Positions 1 to 12,291 of a DNA stretch of 64,000 bases are shown here, in pieces. Below the pieces are notes generated by a model that was given only the letters and a program-made list of their open reading frames with translations, did not search any database and was not told where the DNA came from. Origin of the DNA: Eledone cirrhosa (lineage: Eukaryota); contig OZ024764.1 of assembly GCA_964016885.1 (NCBI GenBank), forward strand, positions 558,001 through 622,000, in the 5' to 3' direction. The position numbers and the translations under genes are program-made. Within the stretch, counting starts at the first letter, position 1, and every line of letters begins with the position of its first letter.

Positions 1-56
1 AAGGGTGTGTATGTGTGTCTTTACGCCACTAATCCTTCCTCACCTGTCAATTCCAG

Positions 57-127
57 CTCTGTTTGAAATAGAACTCCTGTCCTTTGTTGAGGAAGCCAGT
101 ACTGAAGATTATTTTCAAATGACTGAA
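57..127 (+). CDS. FKBP6: FKBP6/Shutdown-like exon: end of the FKBP domain (LFEIELLSFVEEASTEDYFQMTE); upstream exons lie outside the window
   Basis: ttccag acceptor and gtaaat donor. The LFEIELL motif closes FKBP domains and parallels FKBP6 VLFEIELLDF. Confidence 0.85.
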
Positions 128-327
128 GTAAATATCTCAATTTTCTCTTTCCTTCATTTTTCTTTCTCTCGTATTTTCTTTATTTTTGCATTTTTCTACC
201 TTTTCTTATCCCACCCCCTTATCTTCACACAGTGTCTTTCATTAGTGATACCAGTAGAAAACCATGCTCAGGATGGTTTACTGCTAACATGTGTAGTGTG
301 TATATTGATATTATACACAAATATATG

Positions 328-808
328 GAGGCACATGGCTTAGTGGTTAGAGCATTGGCCTTGCAATCGAAAGGTTGTGAGTTCAATTCTCAGACCGGCT
401 GATGTGTTGTTTCCTTGAGCAAGACACTTTATTTCACATTGCTCCAGTTCACTCAGCTGTAGAAATGAAATGATAGGGACTGGGGTCCCTATCCATCCAC
501 TGCAAAGTGGTCGTGTAGGTGCCACGGCAAAAAAGCACCCACCACTCACTGCAAAGTGGTCGTAGAGGTACCACGGCAAAAAAGCACCCAGCCCTCACTG
601 TAAAGTGGTCGTGGAGGTGCCACGGCAAAAAAGCACCCAGCACTCACTGTAAAGTGGTCGTGGAGGTGCCACGGCAAAAAAGCGCCCAGCACTCACTGTA
701 AATGAGGTTGGTGTTAGGAAGGGCATCCAGCTGTAGAAATCAAGCCAGCATCAGTTCCCGTCCCACCCTTGCAAGCAGGGAAAAAAGCGGACGTAAAATG
801 ATGATGAT
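328..808 (+). mobile_element. tRNA-derived SINE with internal ~48-bp repeats and (ATG)n tail
   Basis: A-box TGGCTTAGTGG and B-box GAGTTCAATTC. The tail matches the RTE 3' end at ~3880-3928, and related copies occur at ~7400-7741 and ~10294-10700. Confidence 0.85.
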
Positions 809-1684
809 ATAATACATGAAATAAAATCGTAATTGACAAATAATACATGAAATAAAATCGTAATTGACAATATACACAGAAATTAAAGAGAGACTGTTAC
901 ACTGTCTTATGTAATCAGTAAAGTAATCCATGATATATTAAAAAATATGATATTATATATAAACTGCATTAGGAGAAATGTAATGAAAACAATAAATGAG
1001 AAAATTAGCGACAGAAATATAAACGTTATATAACGATGTAAATATATGAATGTTTATATAAGTGATATGATATAGCGTCCGTTATATCATAACTGGAAGT
1101 ATTGACATTTGAAAATTTTAAAAGAAGTAAATCTTGAAATAAGCAATCATTATATATAACAATATTTGTTTAATCAACAGCCACGAAATTTAGTAGATAA
1201 ATTATGTAATATTCATTATTTATTTATTGAAAGTAATCCAACTTATTTTACAAACGGGATGAAAAAATATATTCAGGACACAGTCCCACACTCATTACTT
1301 CATTATATTTTGATGGTAGTACATTTACCTTCCTAACTAACCGTCCCCTTTCTGGTTCTGTGAAGCCCAGCTTCTCAAGATTTGTACTGAGGCAGTCAGT
1401 AACATATACTAGTATTTAATTAATCAGTTTAAACTAGTAAGCCGTGGCAGACTAGGAGAAGTATCTAGTATTGCTTACAGTCTTATAGAAGAGAAACATT
1501 TATCTAAAAACCTTCCATCATAATTTTATGTAACAACCTTTAAGTTATGTTCCAAACACCAACAGTGTCTTTCATTAGAAATATGGTAATGAAAGGGTTA
1601 AAGTGTTTATATTTATCTAAAAACCTTCCATCATAGTTTTATGTGACAACCTTTGTTAAGTTATGTTCCAAACCTCCGTTACAG

Positions 1685-1744
1685 GAAGAGAAAGGTCAGA
1701 TACCGTTTGAGGAAATATTGAAAATATCTCATATGGAGAAGTCT
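1685..1744 (+). CDS. FKBP6: FKBP6-like exon (EEKGQIPFEEILKISHMEKS)
   Basis: gttacag/gtgagt boundaries, 60 nt, phase 0-0. Parallels the FKBP6 QFPLQKVLKVA segment. Confidence 0.8.
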
Positions 1745-1939
1745 GTGAGTAAATTTTCTGTTCTATGTGTGAATTTATTCTGAGTAGGCATGTGGCCTCG
1801 TGGTTAGGGTGTTGGACTTTGAATCACGACGTGGGTTTGATTCTTGGACCAGGCTGTGTGTTGTTTTCTTGAGCAAAACATTACATTTGTGTGTGTATAA
1901 GTGTCATGATAAGAAGCACACAGTATATATGAAAATTCA

Positions 1940-2330
1940 ATAGTAAATATAGTAATGTAGATGTTATGTGAGATATGTGAGGTAAAGCCTTTACTGTGAA
2001 AATACAATAGTATATATAGAGTAATGTAAATGTTGTGTGAGATATTATGTGAGGTAAAGCCTTTACTGTGAAAGTACAATAGTATATATAGAGTAATGTA
2101 AATGTTATGTGAGATATGTGAGGTAAAGCCTTTACTGTGAAAATACAATAGTATATATAGAGTAATGTAAATGTTATGTAAGATATTATGTGAGGTAAAG
2201 CCTTTACTGTGAAAATACAATAGTATATATAGAGTAATGTAAATGTTATGTGAGGTATTATGTGAGGTAAAGCCTTTACTGTGAAAATACAATAGTATAT
2301 ATAGAGTAATGTAAATGTTATGTGAGATAA
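1940..2330. repeat. Short array of the 60/72-bp satellite (gtgaggtaaagcctttactgtg...)
   Basis: Same unit as the 16.3-23 kb array. Confidence 0.9.
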
Positions 2331-2385
2331 TTATTATATATATATACACACACACATATTTGATTGTTTTTACTTTTTCTTACAG

Positions 2386-2445
2386 TTTGGTACAGAATTC
2401 TTCAAAGTGAGGAGGATTCGTAAGTCTTACAACAAATATCGCCTG
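2386..2445 (+). CDS. FKBP6: FKBP6-like exon, TPR1 (FGTEFFKVRRIRKSYNKYRL)
   Basis: Polypyrimidine-tacag acceptor, gtaagt donor, 60 nt. Parallels FKBP6 FGNYLF...RYKR. Confidence 0.85.
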
Positions 2446-2594
2446 GTAAGTATAGTGGTGGTTGTGGTGTAGTGGACGTTGTGGTGATGGTTGTGATGTA
2501 ATATTTCAAAAGATATCTGTATCAAAGGAGGCTTAAAGAATATCTTAATTTTTGCCTAAACTTTTGCCTTTTATCTTCTCCAATAATGTCTCTC

Positions 2595-2632
<38 letters not shown>

Positions 2633-3068
2633 CCAGGTTTAGCAAATAAGATAAAGTTTCAAAATAAATGTACTCACTGTAAATGAGGTTGGTGTTAGGA
2701 AGGGCATCAAGCCAGAATCAGTTCCCGTCCCACCCTTGCAAGCAGGAAAAAGCGGACATAAAATGATGATAATGATAATTATATATTCGTGTACAGATAT
2801 TTTTGCATACACAATAATAAAATATAAACAAACATTTATTTCACGAGGCTCGACAGCAGAAAAAACAATAAAAAAGAGAGGGAACGCAATTACATGCTTT
2901 TGAAAAATCTTAATGGAAAATTATTTGCCTATTCACCCAAGGCGACTTCACTTTTTATTAGGACTTCTGCATCAATTGGAGAACACACGAAGAAACTGTT
3001 TCAGAAAGGAGGGATAAACATGCCAATCTATGTTTAGAATCCCGAGCAACGCCGGGTCATTCTGCTAG

Positions 3069-3211
3069 TATTTATTAAAATAACAGATAAAAGTTTAAGC
3101 AAAGAATCGTTGCTTTCACCCTTAACGGGATCTTCTGAATCTAAAAAGATCCCGTTAAGGGTGAAAGCAGCGATTCTTTGCTTAAACTTCAATCTGTTAT
3201 TTTAATAAATA
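3069..3211. repeat. ~143-bp near-perfect palindrome directly after a Helitron-type 3' end (cccgagcaacgccggg...ctag)
   Basis: Arm tatttattaaaataacagat...cttaacgggatctt is mirrored by aagatcccgttaag...atctgttattttaataaata. Confidence 0.85.
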
Positions 3212-3547
3212 TTTGCTCTACGGTTCTTATATATTTGATATATATATCGAGCCCTCTTTTGATTTTAGTCTTCACATTTATTATTATTATTATATTTATA
3301 TATATATATTTAGTGTCTGGCCTTTGGTGAAGTCTGTCGGTAATGTGATATCTGTCATACAGATATTGTCGATTTTATCCGAGTATTTTTGTAAGCTTTC
3401 TTTTCTCTTTTCTTGTTTTTTCTCCTTCATCCATCTTAATTTCTTATTGAAATGTTTATTGCATTCGTTTTGAGCATATTTTGTTTCATGTCGAATGATG
3501 TTCATGAGTTTATTTATCTGAAAGGTTATATATATATATATATAGAG

Positions 3548-3928
3548 AAATGAGGCAAGCGTGCTCCGTTGGATGTGCAGTGTAAATGTGCGTGAACGAC
3601 CCAGCATAAATGTGTTGAGAGAGAAACTGTGTCTGAGAGGGATAGAATGTAGTGTACGGGAGAGGAGACTGAGGTGGTATGGACATGTGATGTGCATGGA
3701 GGATGACCGATGGGTGAAGAAGTGCCAGGAATTGCCAGTTGAAGGAAGACGTGGTAGAGGTAGACCACGAAAAACATGGGCGGAGGTGGTGAGAACAGAC
3801 CTCAGATCGTTGAAGCTCACGGTGGAGATGACGAGGGACCGCGACGAGTGGAGAGATGCTGTGCTGAATAAGACCCATTCCACCCTGGCAAGCAGGGAAA
3901 AGCGGGCGTAAAATGATGATGATGATGA
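3548..3928 (+). mobile_element. RTE-clade LINE 3' fragment
   Basis: ORF 3561-3911 has the RRLRWYGHV and RGRGRPRKTW motifs, followed by an (ATG)n tail. Confidence 0.88.
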
Positions 3929-4461
3929 TATATAAAAAATGAAGAATTAGAAATAGATGTTAGGAATATCCATCATCAGTTGTCTACTAGGTATCATAGG
4001 TATTTCTTCTCATTACAGACAATATACCTCCGCCTAGGGCGATACAATAACTAAACTAAGTTATTGGGATAAACAGAGTTGGTGGAGAAAGAGAAAGACA
4101 AGTAAACAGACACGAATGGTGAGGCAGCGTAAAGAGAGGAAAAAATGAAAAAATCAGTCAATAATTCATTTTGAACATAAGAACGGGCGAATTTTGACGA
4201 GAACAAAGACAAGACTTGATCGTATGGGTGTGAGTGAGAAGAAAGATCGCGTACGGTGTAGGACGATGGAGGAAGTGAGAGAGAGGGTGAGTGTGCGAAA
4301 GTGCGAGAAAGAGGCTAGCCGTGAGGGGGGAGAGAGAGAGGATAGCAGCAACAGAAGTGAAAAAAAGACAGGTCACAGTGAAGGGGGAAGCATATATGAA
4401 TAAAAAATGGCGAGCTGTTGCAATTTTATTTATATATATATATATATATATATAGCTTTTA

Positions 4462-4826
4462 TCTTTATATATATAAAAGCGAGGATGAGTGTGTGTCTGT
4501 GTACAACTTTGCATACTTAAGGCTTTTACAATTACCAGCTGAACTTGACCAAATTTTCTGTGCACGTTGCACAAGTCGCTAGGATTGTCACATCACAAAC
4601 ATTTTTCCAATCGACCTACGTTGAGCGATAAAAAATCGATATCAAAATTATCAGTACCAAAATTGATGTAAGGGAGATAACCAACTTTATTGACAATCCT
4701 TATAAAAAAGGGAGATAACCAACTTTATTGACAGAAATATAAACATCAGATTCATTTGAAGATAAATCACTAATATTATCCTTTGTTGCATTTCAAACCC
4801 CGGGCAACGCCGGGTAAATCTGCTAG
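4462..4826 (+). mobile_element. Non-autonomous Helitron
   Basis: A|TC 5' end and 3' hairpin ccccgggcaacgccggg followed by CTAG|T. Confidence 0.8.
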
Positions 4827-4873
4827 TATATATCTATCTATATATATATATATATATCTACACACTGTTTCAG

Positions 4874-5071
4874 GCACTGATGGTTCTGGATGAATATGCG
4901 ACGTGCAACGGTGAAGAAGAACGACAGGTGCAGGAGCTGCGTCTTCTGTTGCTGCTCAACATGGCGCTGTGTTGTAACAAATTGGAAAATCCTACCAGGA
5001 CCATCACCTACTGTGAGAAAGCTCTCAACATTGATAAACACAACCCTAAGGCTTTCTATCGACTCGGACAG
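4874..5071 (+). CDS. FKBP6: FKBP6-like exon, TPR2 (ALMVLDE...LLLNMALCCNKL...CEKALNIDKHNPKAFYRLGQ)
   Basis: tttcag/gtacgt boundaries, 198 nt. Classic immunophilin Hsp90-binding TPR signature LN.A.C..KL...C..AL..D..N.KA.YR.G. Confidence 0.92.
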
Positions 5072-5366
5072 GTACGTGTCTGTATTGTATATATTTGTGG
5101 CCATGTGTATGTCTGTATATGTATGTATATGTGACCATGTGTATGTCTATATATGTATGGATGGGTGTATATGTATGTATGTATGTATATATATATATAT
5201 ATGTGGCCATGTGTATGTCTATATATGTATGGGTGTGTGTATATGTATGTATGTATATATAAATGTATGTGTAGCATTAGGAAGGACATCTACCTGTAGA
5301 AACCAAAATCATCTTCCCACTTCAACCCACACCACCCTGTCTCTGTAAAGTTATATAGGTACCAGA

Positions 5367-6100
5367 GAACACCCAGTCCACACTGTAATGTAGTCATGTA
5401 GGTGTCACAACAAAAAGTACCCAGTCCACACTGTAAAGTGGTCATGTAGGTGTCACAACAAAAAGTACCCAGTCCACACTGTAAAGTGGTCATGTAGGTC
5501 TCACAACAAAAAGTACGCAGTCCATACTGTAAAGTGGTCATGTAGGTGTCACAACAAACAACACCCAGTCCATACTGTAAAGTGGTCATGTAGGTGTCAC
5601 AACAAAAAGCACCCAGTCCACACTGTAAAGTGGTCATGTAGGTCTCACAACAAAAAGTACGCAGTCCATACTGTAAAGTGGTCATGTAGGTGTCACAACA
5701 AACAACACCCAGTCCATACTGTAAAGTGGTCATGTAGGTGTCACAACAAAAAGCACCCAGTCCACACTGTAAAGTGGTCATGTAGGTGTCACAACAAAAA
5801 GCACCCAGTCCACACTGTAAAGTGGTCATGTAGGTGTCACAACAAAAAGCACCCAGTCCACACTGTAAAGTGGTCATGTAGGTGTCACAACATAAAGTAC
5901 CCAGTCCACACTGTAAAGTGGTCATGTAGGTGTCACAACAAAAAGCACCCAGTCCACGCTGTAAAGTGGTCATGTAGGTGTCACAACAAAAAGTACCCAG
6001 TCCACACTGTAAAGTGGTCATGTAGGTGTCACAACAAAGGCACCCAGTCCACACTGTAAAGTGGTCATGTAGGTGTCACAACAAAAAGCCCCCTGTCCGC
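5367..6100. repeat. 48-bp minisatellite (~15 units) expanded from the SINE internal repeat
   Basis: Unit cacccagtccacactgtaaagtggtcatgtaggtgtcacaacaaaaag, homologous to the repeats at ~495-700. Confidence 0.9.
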
Positions 6101-6356
6101 TCTGTGGTTGGTGTTAAGAAGGGTAACCAGCTGTAGAAAGCCTGCCAGAGACAGTTTATACGAGCGAGACAAGGTCTCCCGACCAATCTTACCTCATGTG
6201 GGACAATTCCCGTCTAACCCATGTTAGCTTGGAAAAGTGGACATTAAACGGTGTTGATGATGATGATGATGATGTATGTCTGGCCCTGTCACTCCTGAAG
6301 GAGTTGTATCGGTTCTGTATTAACAGGCTCATACAGTGTTTTTAGGGTATTTTTAA

Positions 6357-7908
6357 CCCTTTAGCATTCATGTTACACTATATATACTATTGTATTTTCA
6401 CAGTAAAGTCTTTACCTCACATAATATCTCACATAACATTTACATTACTCTATATATACTATTGTATTTTCACAGTAAAGGCTTTACCTCGCATAACATT
6501 TACATTACTCTATATATACTATTGTATTGTCACAGTAAAGGCTTTACCTCACATAATATCTCACATAACATTTACATTACTCTATATACTATTGTATTGT
6601 CACAGTAAAGGCTTTACCTCACATAATATCTCACATAACATTTACATTACTCTATATATACTATTGTATTTTCACAGCAAAGGCTTTACCTCACATAATA
6701 TCTCACATAACATTTACATTACTCTCTATATACTATTGTATTGTCACAGTAAAGGCTTTACCTCACATAATATCTCACATAACATTTACATTACTCTATA
6801 TATACTATTGTATTGTCACAGTAAAGGCTTTACCTCACATAATATCTCACATAACATTTACATTACTCTCTATATACTATTGTATTGTCACAGTAAAGGC
6901 TTTACCTCACATAATATCTCACATAACATTTACATTACTCTATATATACTATGGTATTTTCACAGCAAAGGCTTTACCTCACATAATATCTCACATAACA
7001 TCTACATTACTCTACATATACTATTGTATTTTCACTGTAAAGGCTTTACCTCACATATGTCATCACTGTTTTTTATGTTCGTTCTTCCATGCTAGCATGG
7101 GTTAGACGGGTTGTCCTGTTGTGTGCAGTGTCCGGGACGGGAACTGATTCTGGCTTGATTTCTACAGCTGGATGCCCTTCCTAACACCAACCTCATTTAC
7201 CGTGAGTGCTGGGTGCCTTTTTGCCGTGTCACATCGCCTTGGGTGAATAGGCAAATAATTTTCCATTTAAGATTTTTCAAAAGAATGTAATTGCGTTCCC
7301 TCTCTTTTTTATTGTTTTCGCTGCTGTCGAGCCTCGTGAAATAAATACGTTTCTTTATATTTTATTATTGTGTATGCAAAAATATCTGTACACGAATATA
7401 TAATTATCATCATCATCATTTTATGTCCGCTTTTTCCTGCTTGAAAGGGCGGGACGGGAACTGATTCTGGCTTGATTTCTACAGCTGGATACCCTTCCTA
7501 ACACCTACCTCATTTACAGTGAGTGCTGGTTGCTTTTTTGCCGTGGCGCCTACACGTCCACTTTACTCTGGAATGATAGGGACCCCAGTCCCTATCATCT
7601 CATTTCTACAGCTGAGTAAACTGGAGCAATGTGAAATAAAGTATCTTGCTCAAGGAAACAACACATCACCCGGTCTGAGAATTGAACTCATAACCTTTCT
7701 ATTGCAAGGACAATACTCTAACCACTAAGCCATGTGCCTTCTCTCTCTATATATATATATATTATATTTTCATGGTAAACATTTCATCTCACATAATATA
7801 TCAATCAGATTTTGAGAATAATACCTTAACGTCAGTATGAGTGGCCAGTTACGGCCAGTTTGAACAGAAAAAAGTGAGAGAACTCTGACCGGTTAAAATG
7901 CTAAAGGG
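6357..7908. mobile_element. Non-autonomous piggyBac element containing satellite (~6370-7055) and nested SINE pieces
   Basis: TTAA|CCCTTTAGCATT ... AATGCTAAAGGG|TTAA termini, the same TIR as the piggyBac at 45941. Confidence 0.8.
7400..7741 (-). mobile_element. tRNA-derived SINE copy
   Basis: Reverse complement of the 328-808 family. Confidence 0.8.
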
Positions 7909-8160
7909 TTAAAAAATGCCCTAGAAAGGCTGTATGTCAATATGGGACCCCTACAATTCTATTAGGAAATATAGGACCCTACATATAAATATAATGGCTT
8001 CTACTTTTGGTTGGCACAAGGCCAGCAATTATTTCAGTGTATTACTGGTACTTTATTTTATCGACCCCTTAATAATTGTTTCTACGTTTGGCACTAGGCC
8101 AGCAATAAACCTCAGTGTATTACTGGTACTTTATTTTATGTCTGTCTGTTTGTACCTCAG

Positions 8161-8270
8161 GCTTATCAGATGCTGGGAAAGTTTGAGGAGGCCACAACCT
8201 ACCTGAAGAAGGCTCAGAAGTTATTACCAACTGACCACAACATATCACAGCAACTACAGAAACTACACAG
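8161..8270 (+). CDS. FKBP6: FKBP6-like exon, TPR3 (AYQMLGKFEEATTYLKKAQKLLPTDHNISQQLQKLH)
   Basis: cctcag/gtaagt boundaries, phase 0-2, continues the TPR in frame. Confidence 0.9.
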
Positions 8271-8432
8271 GTAAGTCGGAGGCGGTAGAGCACTGTGGCT
8301 GTGTGTCATGGTAAGGAGTGCAGGTGTGTGTTCTGTTAATGGGTGGTGCTGGGGTGTGTTGTGTACTATATACGATATCGAAGGGAAAGGCAATGGCTGA
8401 TACAGCTTGACACCCGTGACATAACATATATA

Positions 8433-9325
8433 CAGGGTGCAGACGATATTTGTTCGCAAGATTACTGTCTAGGAAAAAATAACACAGTATTTTTATTTTT
8501 TAAGATATATTTATCAAACTTGGGTCAGTTTGTCTTCATGACTTGTTCTTTCGATCTCACTCGATAAACCCGCCATTGGCTTTGATGACAACCTCAAGGC
8601 GGCCTCGGAACTGGCTACAGGCCTTCGTCACTGTCCCCCGACTTAGCCCCCTAAAGGCACTTGTGATCCTGGCCTTCAGATCGTCTTTCGTATTGCAGCT
8701 AGATCTGTTAATGTCTCGTTCCACTGCGCCCCACACAAAGAAGTCGAGGGGGTTGCAGTCAGGCGAGCTGGGAGGCCAGATGTCGGGTGAATTGTGGTCG
8801 ACGAAGTTCTCTGACAGCAAGGCTTGGGTCTTTCGGCTGGTATGGCAGGGCGCTGGCTGAGTCTTGCTGCCACACGTACGGCCTACCTGCAGCTACCTGG
8901 TCGATCCAAGGCTTTACTACCTCGCTCAGAACACGGATGTAGCCATCGGTGTTCAGCTTGAGGCCCTCAGGGAAGAAGTGAAGTGGCATGATGTCACCTT
9001 GACTGCTGACGACACCTAAGACCAATGTTGTCGCTGGAAACTTTGTCTGCATGACTCTGGGCACGTCTTTGGATGAGACAGCGAGCCACCTGTTGTTCTG
9101 GGAGTTGATCTTCTGGTCCTTCTCCTCCCGGCGCGGATTCCAAGAAGAACTCTGTGTCTCTTCCACAAATTTGGAGGTTAAAATTATTCGTAATCAATTA
9201 TTCTGAAAATAAATAATGGAAATATAGTCACTGTTTTTATGAAGACAGGAGTGACAACGGAAGTAAAAAAAAACTTGCATAAAATTAGCAGTTGAAAATT
9301 GCGAACAGATGTCGTCCGCACCCTG
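8433..9325 (-). mobile_element. Tc1/mariner (maT-like) transposon, internally deleted and frameshifted
   Basis: TA-flanked TIRs cagggtgcagacgatatttgttcgcaa / ttgcgaacagatgtcgtccgcaccctg. Transposase motifs WQQDSA and WPPSSPDCNPLDF. Confidence 0.92.
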
Positions 9326-9824
9326 TATATATACACTACACTATATATGTTGTCCAAGGGACAGGCAATGACCAATACATCTTGGCACTAGTGATGTCAC
9401 AACTCATTGCTACAGCTGAGTGAACTGGAGCAATGTGAAATAAAGTGTCTTGCTCGAGGACACAACACATCACCCGGTTAAGAATCGAACAGTCTTTACT
9501 TCACAATATCTCATATAACATTTACATTACTCTATAATTGAGATTTTGATATTTATCTTGAGGACAATACCTTAACATCAGTATGAGTGGCCAGTTTGAA
9601 AAGGAAGAGGTGAGAGAATTCTGGCCACATATGACCGGTTTAAATGCTGAAGGGTTCATGTGGTTGTAGTGGTGGCACAACAAAAAGCATCCAGTCCCCG
9701 TTGTAAAATGGTTGTTTTGGTGTTACAACATAATGTTGGTGGTTATGGTGGTGGTGGTGTTGATGGTAATGGTTATGGTGGTGGTCCATCTTTCTCTCAT
9801 GGTCTCTCTCTCCCCATCTTCCAG

Positions 9825-9910
9825 TGATGTCTGCCGTTACAAGGAAGACAAAAAGATAATGTATACGAAAATGTTTGGACAGTCTTCAAATAAACCTCCG
9901 TCCAGTCTAA
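9825..9910 (+). CDS. FKBP6: FKBP6-like exon (DVCRYKEDKKIMYTKMFGQSSNKPPSSL)
   Basis: cttccag/gtaagt boundaries, phase 2-1. Carries the Y.KMF helix that follows the TPRs in FKBP immunophilins. Confidence 0.88.
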
Positions 9911-10293
9911 GTAAGTCTATCTTTAACTGTTTCAACACTGCTCAAGTCTTTGGGTCAAGTTGACCAGTGTATTAATGGTACTATATCAAAAAGTTTTAAT
10001 ATTCATCTAAAAACCTTCCATCATAGTTTTATGTAAGAACCTTTATGTTCCAAACACCAACAGTGTCTTTCATTAGAAATATGGTAATGAAAGGGTTAAA
10101 GTGTTTATATTCATCGAAACACCTTCCATCATAATATTATATAGGACCTTTGTTAAGTTATGTTCCAAACACCAACGGTGTCTTTCATGTGAAATACTAG
10201 CAGGAAATCCACCATTCGGGTGGTTTTCTGCTAGCATGTGTGGTGTGTATATTGATATTATACACATATATATATACATGTATATATACATGT

Positions 10294-10700
10294 AGGCACA
10301 TGGCTTAGTGGTTAGAGCATTGGCCTTGTAATCGAAAGGTTGTGAGTTCAATTCTCAGACCGGGTGATGTGTTCTTTCCTTGAGCAAGACACTTTATTTC
10401 ACATTGCTCCAGTTTACTCAGCTGTAGAAATGAGATGATAGGGACTAGGGTCCCTATCATTCCACTGCAAAGTGGTCGTGGGGTTGCCACGGCAAAAAAG
10501 CACCCAGCACTCACTGTAAATGAGGTTGGTGTTAGGAAGGGCATCCAGCTGTAGAAATCAAGCCAGCATCAGTTCCCGTATGAGCAAGACAAGGTCAGCT
10601 GATTGGACACTGCCCACAACAGGACAACCCGTGTAACCCAGCTAGCGTGGAAGAACGGACGTAAAATGGTGATGATGATGAATAATAATCATCATCATCA
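10294..10700 (+). mobile_element. tRNA-derived SINE copy
   Basis: Same head and body as 328-808. Confidence 0.8.
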
Positions 10701-10914
10701 TCATATGTCCTCTTTTCCCTGCTTGCAAGGGTGGGACGAGTCCTATTCAGCACATCTCTCCACTTGTCACCGTCCTTCGTCATCTCCTCCGTGAGCTTCA
10801 ACAATCTGGGGTCTGCTCTCATCACCTCCACCCATGTTTTTCATGGTCTTCCTTTACTGTGTCTTTATTTATATTTAATCAACAGTTACGAATTTAGTAG
10901 ATAAATTATATAAT

Positions 10915-12022
10915 TGTTTCTACTTTTGGCACAAGGCCAGCAATTATCCCAGTGCATTACTGGTACTTTTATTCTCTCGACCCCGTAAGGATGAAAGGCA
11001 AAGTTAACCTCGGCGAGATTTGAACTCAGATCATAAAGGGCCGTAACTCTATGCTGCAAGGCATGGTGTCCGACCCTCTACCGATACTGCCAATCCACCA
11101 CCCTTTAGTAGATAAATTATATAATATTCATTAATTATTTATTCAAAGAAGGGTGGTGGATTGGCAGTACCGGTAGAGGGTTGGATGCCATGCTTTCTAG
11201 CATAGTTATGTCGCTTTATGGTCTGAGTTCAAATTCCACCGAGGTTTACTTTGCCTTTCATCCTTTCCGGGGTCAATTAATTAAAGTACCAGTAATGTAC
11301 TGGGTAGAAACAGTTATTTATTCAAAGTATTCCAACTTATTTTACTAACGGGATAAAAAAATATATTCAGGACACAGTCCCACACTCCTTACTTTATTAT
11401 ATACTAGCAGAAAAAACACTATGGGTGGTTTTCTGCTAGCATGTGTAGTGTGTATATTGATATTATACACAAGTATATATACATGTAGATATGATACATG
11501 TGTAGTGTGTATATTGATATTATACACAAGTATATATACATGTAGATATGTTACATCAAATAAAATCATAATTGACAATATACACAGAAATTGAACGAAG
11601 ACTGTGTAACACTGTCTAATGTAATCTGTAACGTAATCCATGATACATTAAAAAAGATATTATATATAAACTGCATGAGGAGAAAATTAGTATGTTTATT
11701 TAAGCGATTGCCAACCGGAAGTGTTGACATTTCCGAAACTTTAAAGAAGTGAATTTAAAAATAAACAAAATATATTTAATCAACAGCCACGAAATTTAGT
11801 AGATAAATTATGTAATATTCATTATTTATTCAAAGAGGACGGTGGATTGGCAGTATCGGTAGAGGGTCGGACGCCATGCTTTCCAGCAGAGTTACGTCCC
11901 TTTACGATCTGAGTTCAAATCCCGGCGAGGTTGACTTTGCTTTTCATCCTTACGGGGTCGGTAAAATAAAGTACCAGTAATATACTGGGTAATTGCTGGC
12001 CTTGTGCCTAAAGTAGAAACAA
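10915..12022. mobile_element. Three copies of a second tRNA-derived SINE family (~10915-11105 on -, ~11150-11310 on +, ~11836-12022 on +)
   Basis: Shared ggtggattggcagta..gagttcaaat..actttgcctttcatcct body with flanking direct repeats. Confidence 0.8.
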
Positions 12023-12175
12023 TTATTTATTCAAAGTAATCCAACTTATTTTACTAATGGGATAAAAAAAATTATAAACCATATGCAGTCCCGCACTCCT
12101 TACTTTATTATAGTTTAGGTGGTAATGGAAGGGTTAATCATTTTCTTTTTACCATTTCTTTTATTTTTTCCGCAG

Positions 12176-12269
12176 TTTCTTCTAATCTGGAAAATATGAA
12201 GAAAGAATCGGATGAGAAAGTTGTCGAAGTCTCCGAGGAATTTAAGTTGACTGCTTTGAAAATATTGGA
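12176..12269 (+). CDS. FKBP6: FKBP6-like exon, C-terminal extension (SSNLENMKKESDEKVVEVSEEFKLTALKIL)
   Basis: Long polypyrimidine tract plus cgcag acceptor, gtaagt donor, phase 1-2 matches neighbouring exons, no stop codon. Confidence 0.75.
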
Positions 12270-12291
12270 GTAAGTATATCAAGGAATACAT

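Noticed and set aside
328-400. tRNA gene
   Set aside because: A/B boxes run into a SINE body and tail, with several dispersed copies.
3110-3170. Hammerhead ribozyme in the palindrome (cagaaga-tcccgttaaggg-tgaaa)
   Set aside because: The CUGANGA core is not intact in either arm, so it cannot be supported.
5367-6100. Regular repeats resembling a CRISPR array (also 16.3-23 kb and 32.3-33 kb)
   Set aside because: Units are contiguous with no unique spacers, there are no cas genes, and the context is eukaryotic.
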